A DNA stretch of 64,000 bases from Octopus vulgaris. Taxonomy: Eukaryota. The notes below the pieces were generated by a model that saw nothing but the letters and a program-made list of their open reading frames with translations, was not told the DNA's origin and made no database searches. Position 1 is the first letter of the stretch, and each line of letters starts with the position of its first letter. Location of the stretch: the NCBI GenBank assembly GCA_951406725.2, contig OX597816.1, positions 32,178,001 through 32,242,000 of the forward strand. The letters are read 5' to 3'. A program made the translations under genes and the position numbers. This document shows positions 14,152 through 27,597 of this stretch, piece by piece.

Positions 14152-14445
14152 TGAAGGCACCCGGCTCAGTGATTAGAGCGTCGAGTTTACGATCCTGAGG
14201 TTGTGAGTTCGATTCCCAGATCGGGCTGCATGTTGTGTTGTTCAGCAAGACATTTTATTTCACGTTGCTACAGTTAACTCAGCTATAGAAATGAGTTGCG
14301 ACATCACTGATGCCAAGCTGTATCGGCCTTCGCCTTTCCCTTGGATAACATTGATGGCATGGAGGCTGGTATGCAAGGGTGACTGCTGGCCTTCCATAAA
14401 TAACCTGGACCGGACTTGTACCTGAGAGGGTAACTTTCGCTTAAG
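14152..14445 (+). mobile_element. tRNA-derived SINE family 3
   Basis: ggctcagtgattagagcg A box, gagttcgattccc B box, CORE-like body. Confidence 0.75.
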
Positions 14446-14755
14446 GATATGCCAATTACCAACAAAAAAATGAGTACATGTAACTTATTATTCACGGTCC
14501 TAAGGAATTGATTCGAAAGATGCAATGGAAAGCTTTCTTCTAGACCTTTCACGTATTGTGCCCGCCACACATTCCTATTGAATCAGTGCAACAACATGTA
14601 CAACATTTTCGACGATGTAGCTTTTGATGTAATCAAGATAACCTTGCACTTTAGATTTTACCACATTTGAGGTTCCTACACCTCAATTCTTGGTTCTCAC
14701 ATGTATATGCACACACAAACATACACACACATGTACATATAAAAATAAATAAATG

Positions 14756-15002
14756 CGCCCTTTTTAAAACCTAGCTAGGCTCATGGGCTTTATTTCCCGG
14801 TTTCTAAGGCGTATGTGTTCCCCAGCTGGACGTGACGCCAGTCCATCGCTGCATTACTCATTTTTGCAAGCAGAGTGAACTGGAGCAAGGGGAAATGAAA
14901 TGTTTTCCTCAAGAAGATAACGCCACGCCCGGTCCAGGAATCAAAACCACAATCTTACGATCATGATGCTGACACCCTAACCACTAAACCACGCGCGTCC
15001 AC
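14756..15002 (-). mobile_element. tRNA-derived SINE with V-domain-like tail
   Basis: Minus: tggtttagtggttagggtg head, then gcgatggactggcgtcacgtccagctggg. Confidence 0.75.
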
Positions 15003-15072
15003 TACCTGTATATATGCATACATATAAATTTATATATATACTTATATATATCTATATATATATATATGTGCT

Positions 15073-15110
<38 letters not shown>

Positions 15111-15599
15111 TGTGTGTGCCTGTGTGTGTGCATCCATGTGCATCCATGTTAATGCACGCGAAATTTTGATTGCTTGTTAGATTTTGAATAAATATGTACA
15201 TCGAAAATTTTGTCTATACTATGCACTTTATATGACATTATATATACTTCGTATAACAGTTTTGGGAAGAGGAGACGTTCTAAATGTCTGCATAAACTAA
15301 TGAACTCTTTTAAACATACTGTCTGTTTACTGTATGCGAATGAATTGCCATGTTCTATTATATTTCTAGTCAGTGCACGAAATAGAATTTCTTTTCAAAC
15401 AACATCAAACAGTACAAGTAGAATGTTGCAATTAGTGGGTATTATGATCATATTTTCAGATATCCGATTTAAGAACATGCTACGTCTATAAAATTTGGCT
15501 AAAAAGTGCAGTGGATAATAAATACTCAATGTAACATGTGTGGCAGTTTTCTTTTGTTTCTTTATAATTTTATTTCAGACACAGAACTTATGATACAGA

Positions 15600-15933
15600 C
15601 TGCATCAACGATGATATAGTCTGGATCATGTGTAATGTATTTCAGAATGCAGTCTAGAATACATCATAAACAATATTCAGTAGAAATGCAATTGTGCATC
15701 CGTAGGTATTACCACGTTATGAAGAACTATATCCTTCCACTTTCCAACCGCAACTATGAAATAATTACAAATTAGGCGATAGTGGCCTTTGGACAGTGGT
15801 CGAAAAGTGTTCTGGACAACTTGGTAATACTTAGGGATGCACAATTAGTTTTCTAATGAATATTGTCTTTGTTGCATTGTAGAAATACATTCTGAAATAC
15901 AACACTTATGATCAAGTCTATATCATCTTTGAT
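15600..15933. repeat. Foldback/MITE-like inverted repeat
   Basis: 15600-15714 is the imperfect reverse complement of 15821-15933, with a ~105-bp spacer. Confidence 0.7.
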
Positions 15934-16450
15934 ACCGTGGCTGATAGGTTGTAGGATTGAAATATTACTGTGTTTATTCGAGTGTATGACGCTATAAGGA
16001 TTTTGTATGCCTGCTACATCTACCTGCGAGTAGAGGCTTCTTCTTTGCTTTTCAGTCCAGATGTTATTTCTACATAATAATAATTTCCATCTAATTTCTT
16101 CAATCCTACAGAAAGTAATGAAGTAGAAACCATAACATTCTTGAGAGCAAAATAAACAACACTTTACTGCTATTAGCTTTTATTGAATTCATAGATATTC
16201 TATTGATAAATTGTGACTTCTTACGTTGCCATTCGTTGTTTTGATACCAAATCCCACCTTGGATCTCTTCTTTTAAACGTATTCATTTCTGATTGAAATA
16301 TGAAATTGCTTACACACATACGCAGACATACACTCAAGTGTGTGTCTCTGTGTGTGTACATATATGCAAGTATGTATATATATATATTTAGAATTTAAAA
16401 ATAGGATAAAATCTTTATAAGAATTAATCAATCAGTCATAATATAAATAA

Positions 16451-16506
<56 letters not shown>

Positions 16507-16509
<3 letters not shown>

Positions 16510-17777
16510 AGTAGAAAAATGAAATATCTTTTTATGGATAATCCGTTTAACCGATACCTGGGTAGCAAATTCACATCAGAAATAACACGGTTGAAGTTAC
16601 GTGCCTAGGGCAGAGACTACGTGTTATCGTGTGGAAATTTGTGTGTATTTTTATAAAATTTATGAATAAATGAAAGAATGGAGTTGAACGACAAATTAAC
16701 AAATTTCCTTTATTTTCGACATATGTTTCGAAGGCTGCATATTCCTAATTGTGAAGGAATAAGGAGTACATTATGCCGCTTTCTCATCAGGACAAACAAG
16801 GAATTTATGTCAACATCAAGATTCACAATAACTTTAAATGACTGCTCTCACAGAGCGCATAGCGATAATCAGTGTCTCTTTAATATTTCTTTATAAGGAG
16901 TAACGTCAAACTGGTTGAATGTAGAAAATTCTAGAAGGTTCTAAAGGTTCAAGAGTTCAAACGAAGTAGGGGGAGAGAGGCCTAAGAAAAGTAAGGTGAT
17001 TTGGAACAGGTCGTATGCATGGTGGGTTTTGTTAAATCTTTTGTGAATGAGTGTCTGTGTGAGTGAATGAATATAACTGTATTAATACCTATGTGTGTGT
17101 ATGAGTGTGCGTGAAAGTGTATGTGGATGGGCAGATGTCAAAAAAAAAAACAGATAGTGGTGTTGTAGCAGATATGCGTCTGTGTGCTTGATTACTATAG
17201 ATAGAGGGACAGAGAGAGAAAAAAAAGGAAGAGGAGGGCGAGGTATTGGGACAAAGGCAAAACAAACCTCAATGGATTGGGTAGTATGTCTTTGAAAGCA
17301 TAATTTTTTTTTTTTAAACTAAAGGAGTGAAATATATAAATGGAAATATATTAATTAAAATTAAAGGGGCTAATCTATATTAGTTATAATTCGTATGAGT
17401 AAAAGGTGTGTTTCCTTCAGTGCTAGCACCTGTAGGACCTCTCGACGATTGAATTTATTAAAGGTACCTTGGCGAATACTATATGAAAAAATTCAGAATT
17501 ACAGACGCCACAAAATTTTCTGCCCTTATCAAACGGAACGGATACCGACAAAATGGACCATTCCAGCTTGAAGGTTGAATTGCTGTCTTTCAGACGCAAA
17601 ATTAGTTTGCTTAATCCCGTGCTGTGTTGTTTTCTCTTATCTCGGAAAGTTGAATAATGGTTGGAGATCATTTGGGCTAATTTAGACGAAGTTGCCCCTT
17701 TTTTTCTCTCTCTTTGTCCCTCTATCTATAGTAATCAAGCACACAGACACATATCTGCTACAACACCACTATCTGTT
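16507..17777 (-). mobile_element. 5'-truncated Penelope-like element: GIY-YIG C-terminus, 3' UTR with hammerhead, inverted 5' segment
   Basis: GATSS..ISNHYSTFR..HSTGLSKLI..LKD..LEWSIL..CGVCNSE..LINS..C (17423-17697); 17698-17777 is an inverted copy of 17150-17225; 3' end abuts (TA)n. Confidence 0.85.
16712..16796 (-). ncRNA. Hammerhead ribozyme in PLE 3' UTR
   Basis: uuguc-CUGAUGA-gaaagcggcaua...uaugcagccuuc-GAAA-c(auau)g-UC-gaaaa; long stem II, palindromic minimal stem III. Confidence 0.8.
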
Positions 17778-17784
17778 ATTTCGA

Positions 17785-17930
17785 ATAATCACATTTCTGA
17801 TAGTTCACTCTGACAGCTGAAGTTCTTTGGCGATTGCGATCATTGATTTCCGAAGTCATCATCGATAATGTTTTGAATATGCTGCATGAATTGGTGTGTC
17901 CAATGTTTCCAGACTAGCTCTCGGATATAT
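17785..17930 (-). mobile_element. Tc1/maT-like transposase N-terminal fragment
   Basis: FMQHIQNIIDDD..KSMIAIAKELQLSE*TIRNV (HTH region). Confidence 0.6.
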
Positions 17931-18236
17931 AGAAAACGTTTAGAATGATTATTATTCCTTTTCTTTTTTTTTTAATCATTGTCAACACGTCCATCAGGGT
18001 TATACAAATCCATCCTAACATTCGTTACAGGAGAGCTTCCAACATTTGATGAATTGACAATTTCTAAATCGTTGTATTCCGCTCATAGGAGAACAAACTC
18101 TGCATGTCTATTTGGTTTTCTTATGTTACAATTCTATCTCGTCTTGGAGAAGTTTTAATTTCTTCGAAGAGAGTAAGATACTGATATTTAAGTCTTCAGA
18201 TACCAAGTACATATATTTATATACATACATACATAC

Positions 18237-18379
<143 letters not shown>

Positions 18380-18452
18380 TCTCACTGATAGATCGTTAGC
18401 CACTACACACATTTTTTCTCACCTTGTTTCTCTTCTTGTTTTTTCTATGTCC

Positions 18453-18488
18453 CTTTATGTAGAAGAGCGTAGGCTCGAAACGTAAAAG
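18453..18488 (+). ncRNA. Degenerate minimal hammerhead in a (TA)n-flanked 200-bp insert (18378-18578)
   Basis: cuuu-AUGUAGA-a-gagc(guag)gcuc-GAAA-cg-UA-aaag; same layout as 19873-19907; core non-canonical. Confidence 0.5.
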
Positions 18489-18999
18489 ACTGTTTCTATT
18501 CCTGAGCGTTATACTAATACATCTGTTTGTTTTGTACACTACCTGTCTTCGTCTTTTGTTTGATTCGTCAACTCTCCCTATATATATATATATGCACTAT
18601 AATAACCAAATGAAATCATGAGATTTAAAGTGTTCAAATATGATAGTAATTTGATAATCTCAATATATCAGTTTATAAGAATGTGTTCTCTATTTTTATC
18701 CATTTAGTCTAGACATGTCATTGTTCATTACAGAAGTAATAGCCTATGATATTTCGAGTTTCACCTGGTAGACAAATAGGAAATATAGCAGAGTTCACAG
18801 TTGAACTCAAAAGTAGCGAAACGCAAGTAAATACACATATATATATTGTACTATATATTTATTCTTTCCTTTTCGAATAAGAATTAATTTCCATTCTGAA
18901 ATTATGTACGTATGAATATTGCAAAGTGCATAAAGTTCAAAAATTTACTTGAGATTGCATTCCGATAAAATCAAATGCATACAGACTTGTTCTCCTTGA

Positions 19000-19925
19000 T
19001 AATCTAAACAAGGGTAGAAGTGAATGTGTGATGTTGAATGTGTGCAAGTAGAGGGTGCGTAGCTAAGAAAGATATAGTATCAAGATCGATGTGAATGAAC
19101 GTTGAAATTTAGACAGTCACTTTGATCTGAGTTACTCTAATTAAGAAGGAAGCGGAGAATGGGCTGACTGAAGGGTGAAGAGAGGAGGAGGTAAGCATGG
19201 AGGAGTTGGTGGTAAAGGCAGTGGAGGAGAGAGCGGGTGGAACAGATAGAGGCACGGATGAGGAGGCGGGGGTGCGGGCGAAGGTAGGCTCGATGAAGGG
19301 AGTGGAATACGGGGTAGCGTGGAAGCCACTAGGTATGACGTGATGACGGAGGCAAAGTCTTAGAAAAGAGAGATGGCGAGAGTGGAGAGATTTTTTGGAG
19401 AAGTAAATGAGACAGTTTTTGCGGGTTGCAAGCAATATGGGAGGGGAGGAATGAAAACGGTAAAGAAGGGATTGAAGGTGCTGGAGGAGGAGTGGAGGTC
19501 AGGCATGGTGAGGAGTGACTGACGGTGTAGGTGTTATTGATGGCGACGAAAATGAAAAGAGAAAGAGAATAAGTGAGGAGAATGGAAGTAGAAGAAGATA
19601 TGTAGGAGGAGATAAAGCGGAAGAGTCACCGATAAATTATAATGATTCCCGATCAAGGTGCAGCAATGGGTAATCCGAATGAAAAGGAACATAATCCGAA
19701 GGTAGAAGAATTCTGCGAATTAGGTACTCCAAAGGGAGTCAGAATGCCGGGTCCATGTGAGCGTGTAGTATATAGTGAATCCAAATAAAGAAGACAAAAA
19801 AGAAAATGCAACAACGAGATGCTGTAGTACAAATACTGTATAATCGGGCTCTCAGGAAAGGAAAGAAAGGGAAATTTACGGTTTGAGCAAAGCTCTTCTT
19901 CAGAAATGGGGGAAACTCCAAAAGT
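19000..19925 (-). mobile_element. Penelope-like element 5' part: pLTR with hammerhead, then ORF N-terminus
   Basis: HLSFLRLCLRHHVIPSGF matches the PLE N-terminal H..FL..C....IP.G motif; hammerhead upstream; starts at (TA)n. Confidence 0.7.
19873..19907 (-). ncRNA. Minimal hammerhead, GAAA strand mutated
   Basis: auuu-CUGAAGA-a-gagc(uuu)gcuc-aaac-c-GUA-aau. Confidence 0.6.
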
Positions 19926-19968
19926 TATATATATATATAATCAAAATAAGCAACAAGAATAACTTCGG

Positions 19969-20060
19969 TAATTTGGTACGATCGTTTCATGCTACATCAT
20001 TTTATTAAATGTTATAAGCATTGCAACAGTTTTAAAATTCTGAACACTCATCAGCCATTA
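19969..20060 (-). ncRNA. Hammerhead ribozyme in a (TA)n-anchored element (19940-20165)
   Basis: augg-CUGAUGA-gug...cau-GAAA-cgauc-GUA-cca; second copy at 38772-38863. Confidence 0.75.
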
Positions 20061-20850
20061 ATAGAGGTTTTCCATTAATACATACTTTTCATATCAATTA
20101 ATAACATTATAGAGAAGGTAGATATATAGACAAAGATCTGGATTTAAATTTTAAGAACATTTATGGTAGCGGGGTTTATCAACTGACTGAAGAATATTCA
20201 GTTGCTTTGATGGGCTAGAAGTACCATATTCATTTGAATCTAAAGTTTGCTGAACTCATATATATATATATGTGTGTGTGTGTATGTGTGTGTGTGTGCG
20301 TGTGTGTGTACTGCGCATTTTTATCTATTTCTAATTTACATATTCTCTCACAGGGCTTTGATCAACCCGATGTTATAGTAGAAGGCACCCGCCTAAAGCG
20401 CCATGTACAGGGACTGAACTCAGATCCATCTTGTGTGGAACACAACTTCTGACCACACTACCACGCCTGCCCCAACACTCCCAATTGATTAAACCGGAAT
20501 TGTACTGCAGTTCAGAGCAGCACCAATATTACACCTACATTTCCATCATTTTTTCGTTATCGTCTAGATCATAGAATCTTGTGGGATTGTGAAATGGTTA
20601 TCGTTGCTCATCTCTGGTTCCTGTCTCAAAAACACAACTACTCCTAAGAAGATCTATCTAAAAGGCCTTGCAGATTAGCATTGTTATTTATATACATATT
20701 CGTATTATTCCACAAATGGACTGTTTTTATGTAATTATATAATTATCTCTCACTCTTTCTCTCCATATATGTGTGCGTTTGAGTGTGTGCCTGTGTCTGT
20801 ATACATATATTCACATACATACACGCACAAATATACACAGACACACACAG

Positions 20851-20889
<39 letters not shown>

Positions 20890-22341
20890 CGTACACAAAC
20901 ACACACACATGTATATACATATACATATATGTATGCATACACACACACAAATATATGTGATATATATCATTTCTCAATATACATAGATAAATAGATAAGT
21001 GCAAGTATTTTGTATTTAACTCTTTCTTGTATATATATACAGGTTTACACACTCGCATAAAGTAGCAAATATTCTTGTATAGCTGAAGTATATACAGCGC
21101 TAACCACATAGATACATACACAGCAACACATATTCCCTCGCTACCAAGAACATACTTGCGGTACACTTATGTTATCGTTAAGTTATTTGAGTACATACTT
21201 CATGTGGTATCTAGTAAGTCATAGTTGATTCTCATACTGCTTCCCTCTGAAGAAAATCCTCGCGGAACACAGTAAGTAGATTATTTATGTTATGAAATCT
21301 TCTTACAAAGGGAAGTTTCCGAAAGAATCCGATATATAATTGATAACAATATGGAATAGGAAGAAACGTGAGTATTTGTGCAAGCTTTAGCTTTCTCTTC
21401 GGTGCTTTTGAGATATAATTTTGATTCTCTCTTGAAATTGTATCGTATTTGTAATGCTTATATTGTGGCATGATAATAGAAAAGGTAGAGCGCTGGACAA
21501 CATCTATTGTGAAACGCAATTATGTTATTTTAAGTTAATTTCATTATTTTGAACGTGATAAAATAAATACAATCAATACGTTCATTAGTGAAATCGATCT
21601 ACTTGATTGTATAACAGCCTGTTAGTGAATGATTCAATGCAATATATTCCACTGGTAAATCAACGGGTAGATATGACCTAATGTAATCGATGTTGCAATT
21701 CTTAAATGCGCTTCTATATATTTTGATTTCTTCTTAAAGCTTCTGAATAGCAGATGAAAAGACAAAATATAGCACATTAGATTTCGTTCGTGTCATTTTT
21801 GCAATCTCACTGTATTTCTATAACCATCAATATTAATATTCTATTCTATATGTACGTTCTAGATAATCATTTCCTTACTATTGTTTTAGAGTGAGGAAGG
21901 ATAAGAGTTATAACGTGCCGAACCCAGCGTTGCATACAAATAAAACTAGATATCACACACAAAGGAGTATTAACAGCTATACACACATTGAACGGCATAG
22001 TTGATGGAACCAAGGTATTGTCATTATTAGTGTTGTTAAAAGTTGTTATGTCGGATTTACAATCGCCTTATACTAGACATGAGTTTCAGAAATTATCTAG
22101 CAGAATTGCAGAACGTTCGTTATAAAAACAAATTGGTTTTATTTAAAAGTCAAATTGTGGTGATTACAGGCTATTTGGAAAATAATTTTCTTCTATGTCG
22201 AGGAGAACATTACACCCCTGTGGTACACGAGCAACAATTCTAAAGCCAACAAAATGCTGACAACGCGGAGATTCAAGCGTATAACAATTCTAACAATTCC
22301 AATATCATTTATGTTATATGGTATATATATATATATATATA

Positions 22342-22672
22342 TTGATAGAAATGGTAAGACAACAAAAGAATGAAAGAAACCTCGATATTATGTAAATAGA
22401 GGCATTTATTTGTAATTTTATTATGTGACAATTAATCGGTAGCCATGATAAAACTCCGAGTTTCGGATGTCATGGTGGAAATCCACGCCGCCATCTCTTC
22501 AGTTATCCGGCCATCGGAAAAATTGCTATGAAAATCATCTTTCATGGCATTTTTTCATAGCATTTTTCCGATGGCCAGAAGAGATGGCGGCGTGGATTTC
22601 CACCCCGACATCCGAAAGTCGGAGTTGTGTCATGGCTACCGATTAATTGTCAAATGTTATCTTTATATATAT
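22342..22672. mobile_element. (TA)n-flanked tail-out palindromic PLE-type element
   Basis: 22426-22652 palindrome with ~105-bp arms containing a hammerhead. Confidence 0.75.
22447..22507 (-). ncRNA. Hammerhead ribozyme
   Basis: gauaa-CUGAAGA-gaug...caucc-GAAA-cucggag-UU-uuauc; the + arm copy has lost part of the core. Confidence 0.7.
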
Positions 22673-22860
22673 ATGAGTGGGTTGGGTGTGTGCTTGTGTG
22701 TGTCTAAGAAGGATTTTTTCTGATATCACTCAAAATCTTCAGACAACCCATGTTTGTAGCAGAATGACAGAAGAAATATGCCCAAGGTACCATACTGTAG
22801 GACCGAACACAAAACCCTGTGGTTGGAAAATGAAGTTTCTTATGAAACAGCCACATATAT

Positions 22861-23733
22861 TAGAGCGTACCCAAAATAACCGTAAATATCTGTGTGGGAC
22901 AAACCCGTTGTATTTCACGCTTCGACCGCCATAATATTCTTGAACCGCCCTGCAAACATCAGTCTCCCGACTGGCGTCTAGGTTTACAGTCGGTACTGTC
23001 ACGTGGTGCGTCTTTCTTTTGCAGTTCTGTTCTCCTATTGTAGATTTATCCGATTGCTGAAGCGTAGGAAATGCGTGCTTCCATGAAATTCTATTTTTGG
23101 CTCGGAAAAAGCGCGAGTGGAACAAATGTCATGATTCAAACAGCTTACAAAGAACGCGCTCATAAGTAAAACGCAAGTGTGCGAGTGGTACACTTTAGGA
23201 ATGGTCACTTGTCGCTTGAAGACCAATCACGTTCAGGACGACCATCGACATCCTGAAGGTAAGAACCCCCAAGAAAATTCGTGAATTGATCTTGAAGGAG
23301 CGTTGCCAAATAATTGAGGACATTGTTGATATGACTTTTGTGTCCTGGAGCTCCTGCCAACAAATTTGGAGCGAGGAATTGCGAATAAAAGGTTGCATCA
23401 AAATTTGTAACTCGCTTGCTCACAGAATATCGAAAGCAGTCACGACTGAATGCGTGTTGTGACCTGAGAAAGCAGCTGCAAGTTGACCCCGATATTTCTT
23501 CTAAAGTCATCACTGTTGACGAAGGCTGGTCCAAAGAAATTTGCAAATGTGGAAAAGATCACGGAAAAAACGATAGAAACGTTAAAAGCATCAATTCTCA
23601 AGTGTCCCAGAACTGCATCGATTAGTGGAAAAAATTACCTGTTCCGATGCATTGTGATAAAACTATAAACATGTAATAGTAAGAGATTGAAATAATACTG
23701 CAAAATTCCAGTTTGTTTCTGGTACTTTACGTA
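22861..23733 (+). mobile_element. Internally deleted mariner with degenerate TIRs
   Basis: LGKSASGTNVMIQTAYK..SKTQVCEWY..RNGHLSLEDQSRSGRPSTS; ends gtacccaaaataaccg / attccagtttgtttctggtac. Confidence 0.8.
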
Positions 23734-24784
23734 TATCAACATTTTAACGGGGCATATTTAATAAAGCTTCTAATCGAATATTGGTGTTTCTATATATTTC
23801 ATTTCCTCTCCTTTTACAGCAAATGCCTGATTAGATACCTAAAAATATGTCTCATTGCAAAGATGATCTTAGATCTGTGACCTTGTCAATGAAATTCTCA
23901 TGTTGCTTTAATTCCTTAGTTGTTATCTTTGTGCTGATTTCTCTTTTTCACGTATGAATAGTAAGAATTTTTGAGCCAAAGTTGACGTTGCAAATTTATA
24001 TTACTAGGAACATTGCATGCATTTTGGGGGAATGTTTTTTGGTTCTTGAGTATATTATTATTTTCCCTTTTTACACTGACATTTGGGTGCTTTGATGACC
24101 CAATAATTCTTTATATTAATTGCATTGGTGGTGGTCTAACTCTAACACAGAATACATTTTACATCACCGTTCTTATTGAGGCGCTTTTCTTTTGTTTGGC
24201 AAGTTGATATAAGAATGTTTTTTTCTCCTTTCCTTTTATAGAATTCAGTATTCTGTTAATCGTTCACATACGCTACAAAGGCCTTCCTCTATGAATGCTC
24301 TAGTGTTTTACCTATATTGCTCCTCTAAACACATGTCATTTGCTGTAGAACCCGGATGCAAGACCAAATGGAAGCAAATAAAGTCCTGGGATCCTTTAAC
24401 ATGATGAACGGAAACACGGTGGCTCAATGTAAATATCTTTCCCGTGTCCAAAAAATTATATCATCATGGCAGAGTTCAAAATCTATACGCACACTTGCAC
24501 ACACACAGAGCTTATATGAGAAACAAGTGAGCCAAAACGTTTGGGAGTATGCTATTATAGGGAAATTTAATTTATAAGGTTAATTATTTGAGTAGTAAAA
24601 ATATTGGCGACAGGTTATAAACAATTATACAATCATTAATTATTTTCGAAAACAAAAACAAGTGAAATATATACAAACACATGTCATGGGATTACCTATG
24701 GCATTATTCATAATGGCACTACGAAAATATAACTCTTATATAAAAAAAAACGATATATATTCATGCGTGTGCATATAATTATGA

Positions 24785-25272
24785 GATGTTTTCGTGGGTG
24801 CAAAAGAGTCTAAAAAGGAACATTATGTGAAAAAGGGCCTACAGTTACCAGAGTAGCGAGCAGGAAAATGGTGGCCAAAAATCTGAAACCAGCAATTCGC
24901 ATCAAATGCGGAGCTCCACTTTCAAAGCAAGTGTTATTGTTGTACGAAAAGGTACAACCAGTGGAAACCATTGAAACCATTGGAAAATTATATTTCCCGT
25001 TGCTGAAATGACCTGCATTCTATCCAAACTTTTCCCTTTCCAAAACTACCTTCAGTTTGGGAGGCTCAAACATTATTTACGTTGTCAGTAACTTAGTACG
25101 GATAAAGAAATGCTGGAAGTGTTCACAAATGGCTGCGCGACCAGAATTAACAAGCCTTATAACCACTGGATAAACCACAGATTGACCAGAAATGATATAA
25201 CCATTCAGCGCTTGCTTTTCTTTGACGAATTATAGAAGCAAGAGTGTGTATAATCTCTTACCTACCTTCGTA
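24785..25272 (+). mobile_element. Decayed mariner C-terminal fragment
   Basis: EHYVKKG.TVT..NLKPAIRIK...LSKQVLLL..TIETIGKL..HKWLRDQ; ends ..cttcgta. Confidence 0.7.
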
Positions 25273-25810
25273 CGTGTAAACGTTTTAAGAAGTCAAAGAG
25301 CATAGTTTCAAAATCTGAGTAATTTTGATAGTCATTGAATATTTCCTAAGACATAAATTTTAGCAACATTTTTTCCCTCTTCAGTTACACCCGATACACA
25401 CACGACCCTGAAGTAACTGCTATACAGTTAATCAAAAGTAATTTTAAAAACCTAGGGACTAAAACGAGCGGATGGATAGAGAAATGAATAACAGCAAAGG
25501 GTACCATGGATATCCATCTTTGAAAAAGAAATTATTCTAAAGAATGCTGTAAACAAAATGCTTTGGAAAACAGAAAAGTTAGAAGCGAATGAAGAATCAG
25601 TTACAGTTATCCCTTTTGAGAAAATAGCTTCTTTCCTAGGTGCATATGTAAAAAAATAAGAGGGACATACGAACACTGCAGATTTTGAAGACGAAGAATC
25701 ACTGCATCCTATCTACCTGGCTATCGAAGTGACATCCTGGGATCTAGACCAAGCTAGGTAGTTTTTTGTCTAAGACAAGCATGTGTCCATTTTCTTTTAT
25801 AACACATTAT

Positions 25811-25878
25811 TCTAGTGGAGACTTCAAATTGAACTGTTCAATTTGAAGACTCCACTAGAGTGGACGAAAGCGCTTTTA
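25811..25878 (+). ncRNA. Degenerate hammerhead preceded by its own inverted copy
   Basis: UUGAAGA-c-uccac(uaga)gugga-c-GAAA-gcgc-UUU; 25811-25859 is a near-perfect palindrome. Confidence 0.55.
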
Positions 25879-27279
25879 TATGATATATGATGTATAAAAA
25901 CATGTAACATACAAATAAATATCTGTAAATATAAAACCATCCAGATTCCTGATTACCTCATTTCTTCTAATATTATAATACCTGTACATCATCTACAAAC
26001 CTTCTAATATATATATATATATATATATGCTTGTGTGCATGTATAATCAATCTTCTGTTAGCAGTGTTATAACGCACAGTGCAAAAAAAAACCTTTGCGA
26101 AAACAGACGTGTATATATTAATATCGTGAAGTAACTCACATTCTATGAATACGGATGCTTCCTAATGAACCAATGTAATTACCAATAGAATTAGCTGTTA
26201 ATTAGCTTTCACTGAAGTGATGCGCTTTCTTTGTCATTTAAGCATTGTATTAATTCCCACATAATTGTTTAGCTCTTTCGTATTTTCCACTTGTTTTCAT
26301 TTTTGTTGCTTTTAGAAACGTCATGCAGAAAACTGAAAGCATTTAATTTCGTTTTCTTTTGACAATTATTTTACTTAATGTGTTTCTTTTTATTAAATCT
26401 TCTGTAAAGCATAAGATTTTATTGTGTTATTTATTTCAATTAGTTTAAGTATTGTTTTCTCAGTAATTAACATCAGTGAGGATAAATACAGATCTTTTTT
26501 TTTAAAGATATAGACCCACTTACATATAAAAGTGTATTTTATTTTTGTACCAATCTTTCTTGATATAAAATATGCAGCCTGTGAAATTCTTTCATTATAC
26601 TTGCAACTTCTATCGTGTCCTGTTGTGTCTGGGGAGAGTCATTTTCTTTTTGTGTCTTATACTTTAACACACTCACCGGTAAAATTTCCGCTTATTCCTT
26701 ATTTTTATTTTCCTGAAATTTTCGTTGCGTCTTGCAACATTTTCAATAGTCTTGACTCTGTTCGTTATTTACACTGCGTTCCTTTTTGCTTCTTTGTGCG
26801 CATGTGTATGGGTCAGTGTGTGTGTGTGTGTGTGTGTGTGCATATGCATGCATGCATCTACGTATGCATGTATGTACGTATGTATGCATGTGTGTGTATG
26901 TATACAGATGTGTGTATGCATATGTATATATGAATGTGCTCCTCTATGTATGCATTCTGCATATTCATGTCCTTGCATGTCCGTGTTTGTGTATTTTCTA
27001 TGTATGTGGGCGTGTGTTTTATATATATGCATCTCTGTCTCCTTGTTTGAAGTAAAGTGTGTGCGTATATATGGTCATGTATTTCAGTTTCCATTTGCGT
27101 ATATGTGCTTATCATATAACCTTTGTACCTATCCGATTGTATGTTGATCTGTTTATTTTCATATCCATACGCTTACATACATGTGCACCCCCCACCCACG
27201 CATACATACACCTATCTACATAACAGCCTACTAACTATTCTACTCTACCTGTGTAAACTGTGGGTATGGAGGCATGATA

Positions 27280-27597
27280 TCTACTATGAATATTTCCGAT
27301 TTAGTATTGGGGAAGTTTCACGTATAAGGATGTACTCCCGTATTTCTCTGAGTGTTGGCTCTTTTGGGTGCTTGGATACGATGCGGATGTCAAGTTAGCC
27401 CAAGTTGCCTCCATGGTGGTCTTTGGCATGTTGTTAGAGTATGGAGGACTGCATTTTTTTGTCGACATATTGTCTCACATGTTCATTTAGTCGTTCCGCA
27501 ATGCTCCTAGATGTCTCCTCTATGTACGTCATGTTCATATCTTTATAAGCACCTTCGATGTATCTTATGCTGAAAACTACATTTCGAGTTCTACAGT
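27280..27597 (-). mobile_element. Penelope-like GIY-YIG endonuclease fragment
   Basis: CRTRNVVFSI....MTYIEETSRSIAERLNEH....SIL*QHAKDHHGG....REIREYILIRETSPILNRK. Confidence 0.8.

Larger units (their letters stand above)
14470..18180 (+). pseudogene. Decayed protocadherin relic E, interrupted by a SINE, a foldback and a Penelope element
   Basis: LFTV....NGKL..DVA..IKI 14487-14640, SNFF..TES 16090, AFI..D..N..C ~16177, VAIRCFD..S 16225, VN..IRV ~17980. Confidence 0.45.
18680..22320 (+). pseudogene. Decayed protocadherin relic F (EC1-EC6), the best-supported copy
   Basis: SPGRQIGNIAE 18761 (~SPGTYVGDIAA), KLCTY 18899, RLDH 20561, EIFLQ 21294, VFVQA 21372, NTFISE 21575, LD/HEFQ 22073 (~LDHEFQ with a 1-nt deletion). 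Confidence 0.7.
23890..26200 (+). pseudogene. Decayed protocadherin relic G (EC4 clear, other repeats weak)
   Basis: EVT, NLGTK 25449 (~SLGTK), MDRE 25472, GYPSLKK 25508 (~GFPPLKK); weak CADFS/HV ~23930. Confidence 0.45.
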
